Positions 49,661 to 57,720 of a stretch of 64,000 nucleotides of DNA are shown here, in pieces. The DNA is from Terrimicrobiaceae bacterium (lineage in GTDB: Bacteria > Verrucomicrobiota > Verrucomicrobiia > Chthoniobacterales > Terrimicrobiaceae), in contig JBGSVZ010000043.1 of assembly GCA_041752695.1 (NCBI GenBank), forward strand, positions 41,045-105,044. The letters run 5' to 3'. Every line of letters starts with the position of its first letter. Within the stretch, counting starts at the first letter, position 1. The notes beneath the pieces are model-generated. The model made no database searches. It was given only the letters and a program-made list of their open reading frames with translations, and was not told the origin of the DNA. The position numbers were made by a program, and so were the translations under genes.

Positions 49661-51201
49661 TGCGCCGGGGAGCCCTCTTCTTTTTCGGGCCGGAGGGGCC
49701 AATCATCCGAGCGGAAGGGACTGGCGGGCAGACCGTCCGCTCCCACCAGCACGACCGCCGGATTGTTCCACCACGCATAACGAACCGCCACGGGCTCGGG
49801 AACCCCGGGCGAGGAGACAAGGAGGTCCTCACCGTCGATCCGCGCCGTGGCGGGCGAGAAGATTTGATCTACCCCGGCAACTTCAAATGCCGGACCTTCC
49901 ACCTGCCGGATTTCCAGCTTGGGACTATCGTGAAATTTTACCCTCATTGCCGTGCCCGCTCGGTTGGCCGAAGCAAAGACCGGGCCGCTGGCTGCGATGA
50001 CCTTGCCATTTTCGTTTTTCAGGGCATGACGGGCCAGACGAAGGCCGACATCTCGTTTGTTTTTCGGATGGAGATCGTTGGCGTCTCCGATGTCAATCGT
50101 CACAGCCATGCCCGTGTTCGGCAAGGACAACACGGAGGATTGAGCCTCCCGCAGAAACGCCCAGTTCCTCGGTGGCGAGTTTCCCTTAGGTTCATAGTTG
50201 GGGAGTTGCACGAAATAAAAGGGGAGATCGCCCTGGCCAAAGTCAGCCCGCCAGCTCCGAATGAGCTCGGAAAAAAGTTTTGGATAGTCCCCGTGACGTC
50301 CGACATCGCTTTCGCCCTGATACCACAAGATCCCGCGGAGGGCGAAGGGGATGAAGGGTGCCACCATCCCGTTGTAGAGGGAGGCGGGTTGTTTGCGGGT
50401 TCCCACTCCCTGCGGCGCACGGGGAGGTTGTCGTTTTGGCTGTTCGCCCCGCGCGATGATTTCGTCGGTTTCCCTTTTCCAGAGGGCATACTCTTTCTCC
50501 CACTCCTTGGTTTCTTCGGGAAGCTGCGCGAGCCGGGTGGCCCAACGTTTTTGCACCGCGTCGTTCGCGCCGGAATTTTTCAGCGCGCCTTCGCTCAACC
50601 AGGATTGAATTTCCGTCCCGCCGTAACTGGTCATGATCAAACCAATGGGCATTCCGGTTTCCCGATGTACGTCTCTGGCAAAGTGGTACGCGACCGCCGA
50701 CCAGCCGGGGGCACCCTCTTCCTCGGGTAGAGGATTCGTCGACCAGGCTCCTGCATTGAAGAATTCCGGTTTGGTGGACGGAGCCTGAGGGGAGACCCAA
50801 CCCCGGATCAACGGAAAATCGGCGGCGTCCGGCGCGTCATGAACAGCCCGGGCCATGTTGGACTGCCCGGAGCATAGCCAGACATCTCCGACGACGATGT
50901 CTTTGACCTCCACAACATCCCCGGTTTTGGTCTGGCGGACACGGAGGCTTTGCGGCTGACTGGATAAGACCAGCGGATCGAATGTCACCAACCAACGGCC
51001 GTTCGGTCCCGACGTGGCGGTTTTTGACTGTCCGGCAAACTCACCTGTAATCTCTGCGCCAGGCTGGGCGAGGCCCCAAACCGGCACGGGCTTCCCCTGT
51101 TGCAGAACTGCGCCGTCAGAAAACAGGGGAGCCAGTTGGAGGGAGATATCCTCCTCACCACGTGCCTGAGAGGGTATTGCCAGAACACCAAGAGTGGTCA
51201 T
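49657..51201 (-). CDS. Second sialate O-acetylesterase (SASA), secreted
   Basis: LFSDGAVLQQG, GDVWLCSGQSNM, WYQGESD, DLHPKNK and VRYAW; start at 51201 or 51249. Confidence 0.88.
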   Translation of the reverse strand: MTTLGVLAIPSQARGEEDISLQLAPLFSDGAVLQQGKPVPVWGLAQPGAEITGEFAGQSKTATSGPNGRWLVTFDPLVLSSQPQSLRVRQTKTGDVVEVKDIVVGDVWLCSGQSNMARAVHDAPDAADFPLIRGWVSPQAPSTKPEFFNAGAWSTNPLPEEEGAPGWSAVAYHFARDVHRETGMPIGLIMTSYGGTEIQSWLSEGALKNSGANDAVQKRWATRLAQLPEETKEWEKEYALWKRETDEIIARGEQPKRQPPRAPQGVGTRKQPASLYNGMVAPFIPFALRGILWYQGESDVGRHGDYPKLFSELIRSWRADFGQGDLPFYFVQLPNYEPKGNSPPRNWAFLREAQSSVLSLPNTGMAVTIDIGDANDLHPKNKRDVGLRLARHALKNENGKVIAASGPVFASANRAGTAMRVKFHDSPKLEIRQVEGPAFEVAGVDQIFSPATARIDGEDLLVSSPGVPEPVAVRYAWWNNPAVVLVGADGLPASPFRSDDWPLRPEKEEGSPAQ

Positions 51202-51219
51202 TAGGGCAAGTGTCTTAAA

Positions 51220-51237
51220 AAATACATCGGTGTATTT
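51220..51237. promoter_or_regulatory. Operator copy upstream of the esterase/aldolase operon
   Basis: AAATACATCGGTGTATTT, one mismatch from the perfect palindrome. Confidence 0.72.
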
Positions 51238-51274
51238 ATTTTCACGCATAACCACTTTTGACCGACCATCACGG

Positions 51275-51916
51275 CTATTTCGGGGCCGGGGCCTCAAATT
51301 TGACCGCGGCCCACTCGGCCGCGCCGCGTGCCGCCACGGAATTATGGCCCCAGCGGAGAAACCATCGGTCCGTGGTGACGGCGGGAATGTTTTCGGCAAC
51401 CGCCAGACCATCCACCAGGAGTTGGGCGCTGGCGGAGGCGGGATCGTAAATTATGGCATACTCGTGATAGGCGTTGGCGGCTAGGTCGGGCAGTCGGATG
51501 ATCTGGCGATTAAACTCCACCATCAGAGAGCCGTCCGCTTCATCGGTCCGTACCCACGCGACAAAAGCCTCTTTTTTGTCCGCATTTTCCACACCCAGAG
51601 TGGCGACATGGCGCCCAATGGGAAGCTTGGGGGACGGGTCGAGGCGGAGCCGTGCAGAGTATTTCCATCCTTTGGTAAAGGCATCGCGGAGAAGTTCATC
51701 GGGGTCGGGGATGGCGTAGCTCAGGGCGTTGCCTTCCGTGGGCGCGATGCGCCAGGCGGGTTCTGGGCTATCGACGTCGGTCCCGCCTCCTGCCCGACCT
51801 GCGGACGCCCAAGCCGAATCGGAGAGGGTGGGGCTGGAAGGAGCGGTGTAAGAAACGATGATTTCTGCTCTGAGGCAAAGGGGAAGCGCCCACAGAAGGA
51901 ACCATCCGAAACCCAT
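51275..51916 (-). CDS. Secreted lectin/LamG-like domain protein
   Basis: Signal peptide GWFLLWALPLCLRA-E; AFTKGWKYSARLRL and YHEYAIIYDPASASAQLLVDG; start at 51916 or 51949. Confidence 0.62.
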   Translation of the reverse strand: MGFGWFLLWALPLCLRAEIIVSYTAPSSPTLSDSAWASAGRAGGGTDVDSPEPAWRIAPTEGNALSYAIPDPDELLRDAFTKGWKYSARLRLDPSPKLPIGRHVATLGVENADKKEAFVAWVRTDEADGSLMVEFNRQIIRLPDLAANAYHEYAIIYDPASASAQLLVDGLAVAENIPAVTTDRWFLRWGHNSVAARGAAEWAAVKFEAPAPK

Positions 51917-51988
51917 CCCTCTAGACCCTAAATTCAACGGAGAATTCATTCCATTGACAGTAGAGCTCGGATTTGCTTCTGTCAACGC

Positions 51989-52828
51989 ATGATCACAACC
52001 GTCGTCCGGCCGAGGGTCTTGGTGACTGGAGCCTTTGGAAAAATCGGTTCCCAGTGCGTTCCCATCTGGGAGCAGTCGATGGACCTCCGGTTGACGGATC
52101 TGCGCGTGCCCTCGGGAGATGGACGCGCATTCGCGGCGGATTTGACGGATTTCGCTCAGACTTATCGGGCCCTTGAAGGAGTGGACTCGGTCATTCACCT
52201 GGCCATGGCGCCCGGGGAAGGGGGGAGGGTCGACTATTCCGAAGAGGAGGCAGACCCGGCGGATGTGCAGCGTCTTCAGGTGAACGTGGGTGCGACGTAC
52301 AATCTTCTCGAGGCGGCGCGCCGACGGAATATGCGAAGGGTGGTTTATGTTTCCAGCATGACCATACTTCTCGGAAACAAACATTCCCCGAGCTATGGCA
52401 CGGATACTCCGGTCGAGCCCACCAACCTGTACGCCTGCACCAAATTATTCGGCGAGCAGTTGGCTCGGGTCTATTGGCGAAAGCACGGACTAAGCACCAT
52501 CTGCCTTCGGCTCGGTCAGCCTTTCCCGATTGGAAACGCGGAGTTCGACAGACAGTGGTCGACCAACAAGCGGTCCCGTTCGATTTATGCGGAGATTGGC
52601 GACGTGGCACGGGCGGTCGAGTGCGCCGTGACAACCAAATTGGAGTTCGGCGTTTTTCCGGTGGTCTCTGCCTCGGACAATCCGCGGGTGGACCTCTCTG
52701 CGACGCGGGCCATCGACTATGTCCCGCGCGCATACCTCAGCGATGCCGGATTGTCGTATCACGAAGACGGTTGTTTTCCTCCGGCGACAGGTCCCTTGGT
52801 CACGCATAATCCTGGCGAGCTATTGTGA
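51989..52828 (+). CDS. NAD-dependent epimerase/dehydratase (uronate-dehydrogenase-like SDR)
   Basis: VLVTGAFGKIG, VIHLA, VYVSS and YACTK. Confidence 0.88.
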   Translation: MITTVVRPRVLVTGAFGKIGSQCVPIWEQSMDLRLTDLRVPSGDGRAFAADLTDFAQTYRALEGVDSVIHLAMAPGEGGRVDYSEEEADPADVQRLQVNVGATYNLLEAARRRNMRRVVYVSSMTILLGNKHSPSYGTDTPVEPTNLYACTKLFGEQLARVYWRKHGLSTICLRLGQPFPIGNAEFDRQWSTNKRSRSIYAEIGDVARAVECAVTTKLEFGVFPVVSASDNPRVDLSATRAIDYVPRAYLSDAGLSYHEDGCFPPATGPLVTHNPGELL

Positions 52829-54048
52829 AGGCGACGCGTGAGGACCTGACGGCGGCGGTCACCCGTCATTTTCCGGCGGCCCGGGCCTTTTTGCGGGCCA
52901 TGGTGGAGGAAAATAGCTTCACCGGAAATGCGGCGGGGGTGGAGGCAAACGCAGAGATGGTCCGCGAGCAATTTGCCCCGTTCGAATGGCAGGTGGCGGA
53001 TGTGTCTTGTGGGCTACCGGGCACGGGGCGCCATTTGATTTTGGATTCCGCAGCTGAAGCGCCGACTGTCTTGTTGGTCTCCCATCTCGACACGGTTTAC
53101 AGCCCGGAGGAGCAGGCTGGGGCCGGGAAATCTTTTTTGGAAGATGGCGGGCGGGTCCGTGGGCCTGGCGTATACGACATCAAGGGTGGCACAGCCATGA
53201 TGTGGCTCGTTCTGCGGGTTCTGGAGGAAGTCGACCCTGAGGCGTGGCGGTCGGTCCGCTGGGTGGGGGCTTGGAATGCGGCGGAGGAGCGACTCCCTGC
53301 AGATTTTTCGGCATGGTGTCTTACCCGGTTTCCCCAACCGGACGCCGTGTTGGTTTTCGAAGGGGACAATCGCGCTGCGGACGGTTTTGAGATCGTGACC
53401 CAAAGGAGTGGGATTGCCCGCTACCGCCTGGAGTGTCATGGCAAAGGCACCCACGCGGGCAATGGTCATGAAGCGGGTCGCAATGCCATCCTTGGCCTTG
53501 CCGAAAAGATTTTGGAAATCTCAACCTGGACCGATTACGCGCGAAATACCACGGTCAACGTGGGAGTCATTCGAGGGGGAGAATCCACCAACCGTGTGCC
53601 CGATCGTGCGGAGGCGTGGCTCGAAATTCGCTACACCGATCCGCATGATTTTGCGGAAAAGGCGCGGCGGCTTTTTGAACTCGCGGCCGCCGGGGCAAAG
53701 AGCGGTCCCCTTCATCTCGAAGAATTAGGCAGTATCCCCCCGCTTGTGCCTTCAGACAGCAGCCGGAGCCTGGCGGAACATTGGGAAGAAGCGGGGAGGG
53801 AGTTGGGATGCGAGATTTCCTGCGGCGGACGGCGGGGGTTGAGCGATGCGAATTATTTCGCCCGCCATGCTCCGACTCTGGATGGACTGGGACCTCTCGG
53901 GGGCAATCCTCACGGCCTGGATCGCGAGGGGGACTTTGTGAGAATCACGGAGTTTCTCGAGCTTTCTTCGTTTGCGGCAAAGGCCGAACTTAATCTTCTC
54001 GCTTTGCGGCGTCTCGCCCGAGCCCTTCAGAAACGGACAGCCAAGTAG
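52825..54048 (+). CDS. M20 metallopeptidase/amidohydrolase (carboxypeptidase G2-like)
   Basis: SHLDTVY, GPGVYDIKGG, AEE, FEG, HAG, NVGVIRGG and SDAN..PTLDGLG..GGNPH. Confidence 0.88.
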   Translation: MKATREDLTAAVTRHFPAARAFLRAMVEENSFTGNAAGVEANAEMVREQFAPFEWQVADVSCGLPGTGRHLILDSAAEAPTVLLVSHLDTVYSPEEQAGAGKSFLEDGGRVRGPGVYDIKGGTAMMWLVLRVLEEVDPEAWRSVRWVGAWNAAEERLPADFSAWCLTRFPQPDAVLVFEGDNRAADGFEIVTQRSGIARYRLECHGKGTHAGNGHEAGRNAILGLAEKILEISTWTDYARNTTVNVGVIRGGESTNRVPDRAEAWLEIRYTDPHDFAEKARRLFELAAAGAKSGPLHLEELGSIPPLVPSDSSRSLAEHWEEAGRELGCEISCGGRRGLSDANYFARHAPTLDGLGPLGGNPHGLDREGDFVRITEFLELSSFAAKAELNLLALRRLARALQKRTAK

Positions 54049-54695
54049 GCGGTAATCCATCCGGCCAGAAACACGCCCTGCCGGGCTCGGACGGAAGGCT
54101 GAAAATGGACGTGGTCGCAATAGAGTTCCCGAGGATCATCTTGCAGGCTCAACGTGAAACGATGCAGGTCAATCGTCGGCACCCCAAATCCCTGCATCAC
54201 TTCGTCAGCGGCCTCATTGTAGAGGTCCAGATCGCGTTCGAAGCGGAAGAAGCCTGGTGGATTTTTTCCATTGTGGATCTCATTGAGACAGGGAGTTGTC
54301 CGGATCCACGCGGTCTCGATTTTTCGAGAGCGCAGGGCACAAACGATCTGGCGGAGATTTTCGCGGTAGGTGGCTAAATCGATCGCCGGGGGAGCGTGTA
54401 CCTTCGCGCGTTTGATGTCGTGCAATCCGGCATTAAAAAGCACTAGGTCCGGTTGGAAATCCGGCTTCATGAGTTGTTCTGTGAGATACTCAAGAAGCAT
54501 GGATGAATCTCCGCCGTTGGACCCTTGAGGAAGATCGAGATTGGCAAGGGCTTCTTCAGAGCCGCCTTTTCGGTCATAGGTGCACGCACCGTCCAATGCG
54601 CGCTCCAAAGAAGGGCCGTAGTGGACAGAGATGCTGTCCCCGACGACAAAGACGGAGGGTAAGGGTTCAGATTCCAGCAACAGGGATGCGGTCAT
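54027..54695 (-). CDS. SGNH/GDSL hydrolase
   Basis: VGDSIS, FNAGLHD and DHVHF. Confidence 0.88.
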   Translation of the reverse strand: MTASLLLESEPLPSVFVVGDSISVHYGPSLERALDGACTYDRKGGSEEALANLDLPQGSNGGDSSMLLEYLTEQLMKPDFQPDLVLFNAGLHDIKRAKVHAPPAIDLATYRENLRQIVCALRSRKIETAWIRTTPCLNEIHNGKNPPGFFRFERDLDLYNEAADEVMQGFGVPTIDLHRFTLSLQDDPRELYCDHVHFQPSVRARQGVFLAGWITAYLAVRF

Positions 54696-55837
54696 TTTGG
54701 GGATCGGGCCGGGGCGACAATTTCCAGGTTTGACAGAAGGGTTCCAGGATTCGCGAGAGCCTGCATACAATAGGCGCAGGCCACGGTTGTCAGATAGAGT
54801 CTGGCACCAGGCACAGGGCTTTGACGGGTGAGAAAGAAATCCTCAATCCGACGCGCCAGCCTTGCGAAATGGGGGTAGCCCTGTTCCGCCGTGCCCGCCA
54901 TGGGTGCCGCCGCAATCGGGGATTCGCGTCCGGCAACGCGTGCGGCGAAAGCCCATTTGCGGATGATGCCATTGAGGCGCACAATCGTCGCCTTGAGTCC
55001 GTCCTTGTAATGCAACTGAAAGATTTCCAGGGGCTGATCCCGCCGGACGCACCACTCTTGAAAAGAAGGCCAGACTTCGCCTCCCACGGACCGCAGAGCT
55101 GCTTCGAGGAGGTCTGCGGAAAACTCCCCCAGGTCCATCGCCGCCCAAGCGGTTTCGTCCCGCCAGGCGATGATGGACTCCACCCCGCTTTCTCCACCTC
55201 GCCGCTGCTCGACCATCGCCTCCAGAACCTCCAGTCCGTGAAAGAGGTAGGCCTCCAACGCGTTCCATGTGGTGACGACCACTTCCCGGAACTCCTTGCC
55301 GCGTAAGTCTCCTGGCGGTGGCAACATCGGACAGAGGGAAAGGGACGAGCCGCCAAACCAGGGAACCCCTCGCGATTCGAGATCGTCATACATCGCTTTG
55401 GCGAAATCCACATTCCAGGAAAAATGTTTGTCGAAAAACACCGGCACGACTCTCCCGCTGCGGTCCAGGACGGCGAGCACTTGGTCGAGTAATTCTTTGC
55501 GGGGATACAGTTTTTGGCGGAATTCGTTCTCGGGAAACTCGCCGTGCTCCCCGATGATCATGACGGCATCCACGGCAAGATGGTCGGTTCCGAGCGTCAG
55601 GGCGCTTTCTACGGATTCGCAGTTTTGGATGCCGTGTTTCACACAGACGTCCCGGGACAGATCCGTGTCTCCTTTTTGCAGGATGCAGATCGAAACAATT
55701 CTGGTTCGCGCGCCTGTCCACTCATACTTGGCGTCGGTGGGGAAGGGGTCCAGCCACCGCCGGATAATCACGTCGGCATGGGAGTTCGGCGTGTAGACAA
55801 ATGCCACCACGGCGATTTTCAGGGTCGGGTCGGTCAT
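54692..55837 (-). CDS. Conserved hypothetical protein, Gfo/Idh/MocA-like fold
   Basis: SHADVI, ALTLG...LAVDAV.IIGEHG..P.NE..QKLYPR, PVFFDKH, GGSS and YLFHGLE. Confidence 0.72.
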   Translation of the reverse strand: MTDPTLKIAVVAFVYTPNSHADVIIRRWLDPFPTDAKYEWTGARTRIVSICILQKGDTDLSRDVCVKHGIQNCESVESALTLGTDHLAVDAVMIIGEHGEFPENEFRQKLYPRKELLDQVLAVLDRSGRVVPVFFDKHFSWNVDFAKAMYDDLESRGVPWFGGSSLSLCPMLPPPGDLRGKEFREVVVTTWNALEAYLFHGLEVLEAMVEQRRGGESGVESIIAWRDETAWAAMDLGEFSADLLEAALRSVGGEVWPSFQEWCVRRDQPLEIFQLHYKDGLKATIVRLNGIIRKWAFAARVAGRESPIAAAPMAGTAEQGYPHFARLARRIEDFFLTRQSPVPGARLYLTTVACAYCMQALANPGTLLSNLEIVAPARSPK

Positions 55838-55846
55838 TAGAATCAA

Positions 55847-55864
55847 AAATACATCGGTGAATTT
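55847..55864. promoter_or_regulatory. Operator copy in a divergent promoter region
   Basis: AAATACATCGGTGAATTT between the divergent starts at 55837 and 55906. Confidence 0.72.
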
Positions 55865-55905
55865 GCTGGACAAATCAAGCGGGTTTCAGGACTTTCTTTG
55901 TCAGG

Positions 55906-57222
55906 ATGTCCAGGAAACGCTATGCACTTTGCGGGCTCAGCACCCGATCGATTTATCATTTCGCCCTGCCGATTCTCGGGGCGGGGAAACACGAGGAGAG
56001 CCCCTTTCCCGAATCCTGTGACCTGGTGGGGATTTTGGACCTCGATGAGTATCGGGTCGCGCAGTTTTTGGCGAACGTCAATCGATCCATCCCTTTCTAC
56101 CGTCCTGGTGAGATGGAAAAAATGATTCGTGAGACGGGTGCCGAAGTCGTCCTGGTGGGCACTCCCGACTATCTGCATTGTGAAAATACAATCGCGGCTC
56201 TTCAGGCGGGATGTGACGTCGTGGTGGAAAAGCCGATGGTCATCACCGCAGACGAAATTCGGAAAGTGCGTGAGGCGGAGCGACGCACGGGCAGGCGTGT
56301 CGTGGTGACCTTCAACTACCGCTACAATCTCCACCATCAGATCATCAAACGGCTGCTCCTGGCCGGGAAGATCGGCAGGGTCACCAGTGTCGAATTCACC
56401 TACAACCTCGATACGATACACGGCTCAAGCTATTTTTATCGATGGAACCGGGAGCGGGCCAAGTCGGGAGGCTTGAATATTCACAAATGCTGCCATCATT
56501 TCGATCTCATCAATTGGTTCCTTGATGATCTGCCCGAGGAGGTTTTCGCCTTTGGCCGGCGGAACTATTATGGATCGCAAGGCGAACTTCGCCCGCGCGG
56601 TGAGAGGGGTGAAGCCCTTGATCGCGTGGAGGAAAAACGCGCCTGCCCGGTTTTTCAAAAGCACTACGCGGGAAAATTTGCTGCCGAATCCCCTGCTGTT
56701 TCCACGGACTGGGATGCGATGGCTCTCCCGCATGTCAGACAGTATCCGGACGATCAGCCGCGTTATATCTACGACGCGGAGATCGACATCGAGGACACCT
56801 ATTCCGCCGTGGTGCGTTATGCCCGCGGGGCTTCGCTCGCTTACTCGTGCAATTTCTGCACGCCATGGGAAGGATACACGCTCGGCATCAACGGCACGGC
56901 CGGACGCATCGAGGCGGAACATCGCAGCAATCCGGACCCGACCGGACTCACGGAATCGCGCGAACGACTGAAACGGGTGACGTTGCTGCCACTCTTCGGT
57001 GGTCGTGAGGAGATCGAAATCCCCGAGGCCGTGGGCGGGCATGATGGCGCTGATCCTTTGATTCGGAACGATCTTTTTGCCGGTGTGTCGGACAATTCCC
57101 GGGAACTCGGGCTGCTGGCGGGAAGCCGCGAAGGGGGAATTGCGGTGGCGCTGGGTGAGGCGGTCTGGCTGTCCATCCGGGACCACAAACCCATTCATCT
57201 CGACCCGACCATCTGGGCCTGA
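55906..57222 (+). CDS. Gfo/Idh/MocA oxidoreductase (YteT-like)
   Basis: TPDYLH, VEKPM, FNYRY, HGSSYFYRWNR, HKCCHHFD and GHDGAD. Confidence 0.88.
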   Translation: MSRKRYALCGLSTRSIYHFALPILGAGKHEESPFPESCDLVGILDLDEYRVAQFLANVNRSIPFYRPGEMEKMIRETGAEVVLVGTPDYLHCENTIAALQAGCDVVVEKPMVITADEIRKVREAERRTGRRVVVTFNYRYNLHHQIIKRLLLAGKIGRVTSVEFTYNLDTIHGSSYFYRWNRERAKSGGLNIHKCCHHFDLINWFLDDLPEEVFAFGRRNYYGSQGELRPRGERGEALDRVEEKRACPVFQKHYAGKFAAESPAVSTDWDAMALPHVRQYPDDQPRYIYDAEIDIEDTYSAVVRYARGASLAYSCNFCTPWEGYTLGINGTAGRIEAEHRSNPDPTGLTESRERLKRVTLLPLFGGREEIEIPEAVGGHDGADPLIRNDLFAGVSDNSRELGLLAGSREGGIAVALGEAVWLSIRDHKPIHLDPTIWA

Positions 57223-57229
57223 CGGAGCG

Positions 57230-57637
57230 ATGAAAACCAGAGTTTATCACCCCGACGTGACTTCTCCCAGTTCGCATGTCGCGGCTGGTGTCGTCTGTGA
57301 CGGTTGGCTCTTTGTCAGCGGTCAAGGTCCCCTGGATATGACCACCCGCCAGCCTGTTTTGGGTTCGATCGAAGAAGAAACGCAGAGAACTTTGCGAAAT
57401 ATCGAAGCCATCCTGGTTGCGGGCGGAGCCTCCTTGGACGATGTCGTCAAATGTTCGTGTTTCCTTGCGGACCTTGCGGATTTTCGAGGGTTTGATGCCG
57501 TGTATCAGAATATTTTCTCCAGGCAGGTGCCCCCAGTTCGCACCACCGTCGGAGCGCCCCTTCTCGCGGGCATTCGCGTGGAGATCGATGTCATTGCCCG
57601 GCTTCCCCATGATGGGAAATACACCAGTGTATCATGA
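57230..57637 (+). CDS. RidA/YjgF family protein
   Basis: LFVSGQGP, VVKCSCFL.DL.DF, PVRTTV and VEIDVIA. Confidence 0.88.
   Translation: MKTRVYHPDVTSPSSHVAAGVVCDGWLFVSGQGPLDMTTRQPVLGSIEEETQRTLRNIEAILVAGGASLDDVVKCSCFLADLADFRGFDAVYQNIFSRQVPPVRTTVGAPLLAGIRVEIDVIARLPHDGKYTSVS
57617..57634. promoter_or_regulatory. Operator copy upstream of the pseudopilin cassette (inside the 3' end of the RidA gene)
   Basis: AAATACACCAGTGTATCA, preceded by ATGATGGG as at the 39878 site. Confidence 0.58.
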
Positions 57638-57720
57638 GGAAAGTTTTGGAAATGACCGATATTCGCTTTAAGTTCCGATGGGGTGGCTTCCGCTCTTCGG
57701 TTCGAGACGTATAAAATTGC

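Noticed and set aside
51954..51985. TTGACAG...CTGTCAA inverted repeat as an operator or IS end
   Set aside because: More simply explained as opposing -35 boxes of divergent promoters; no second copy.
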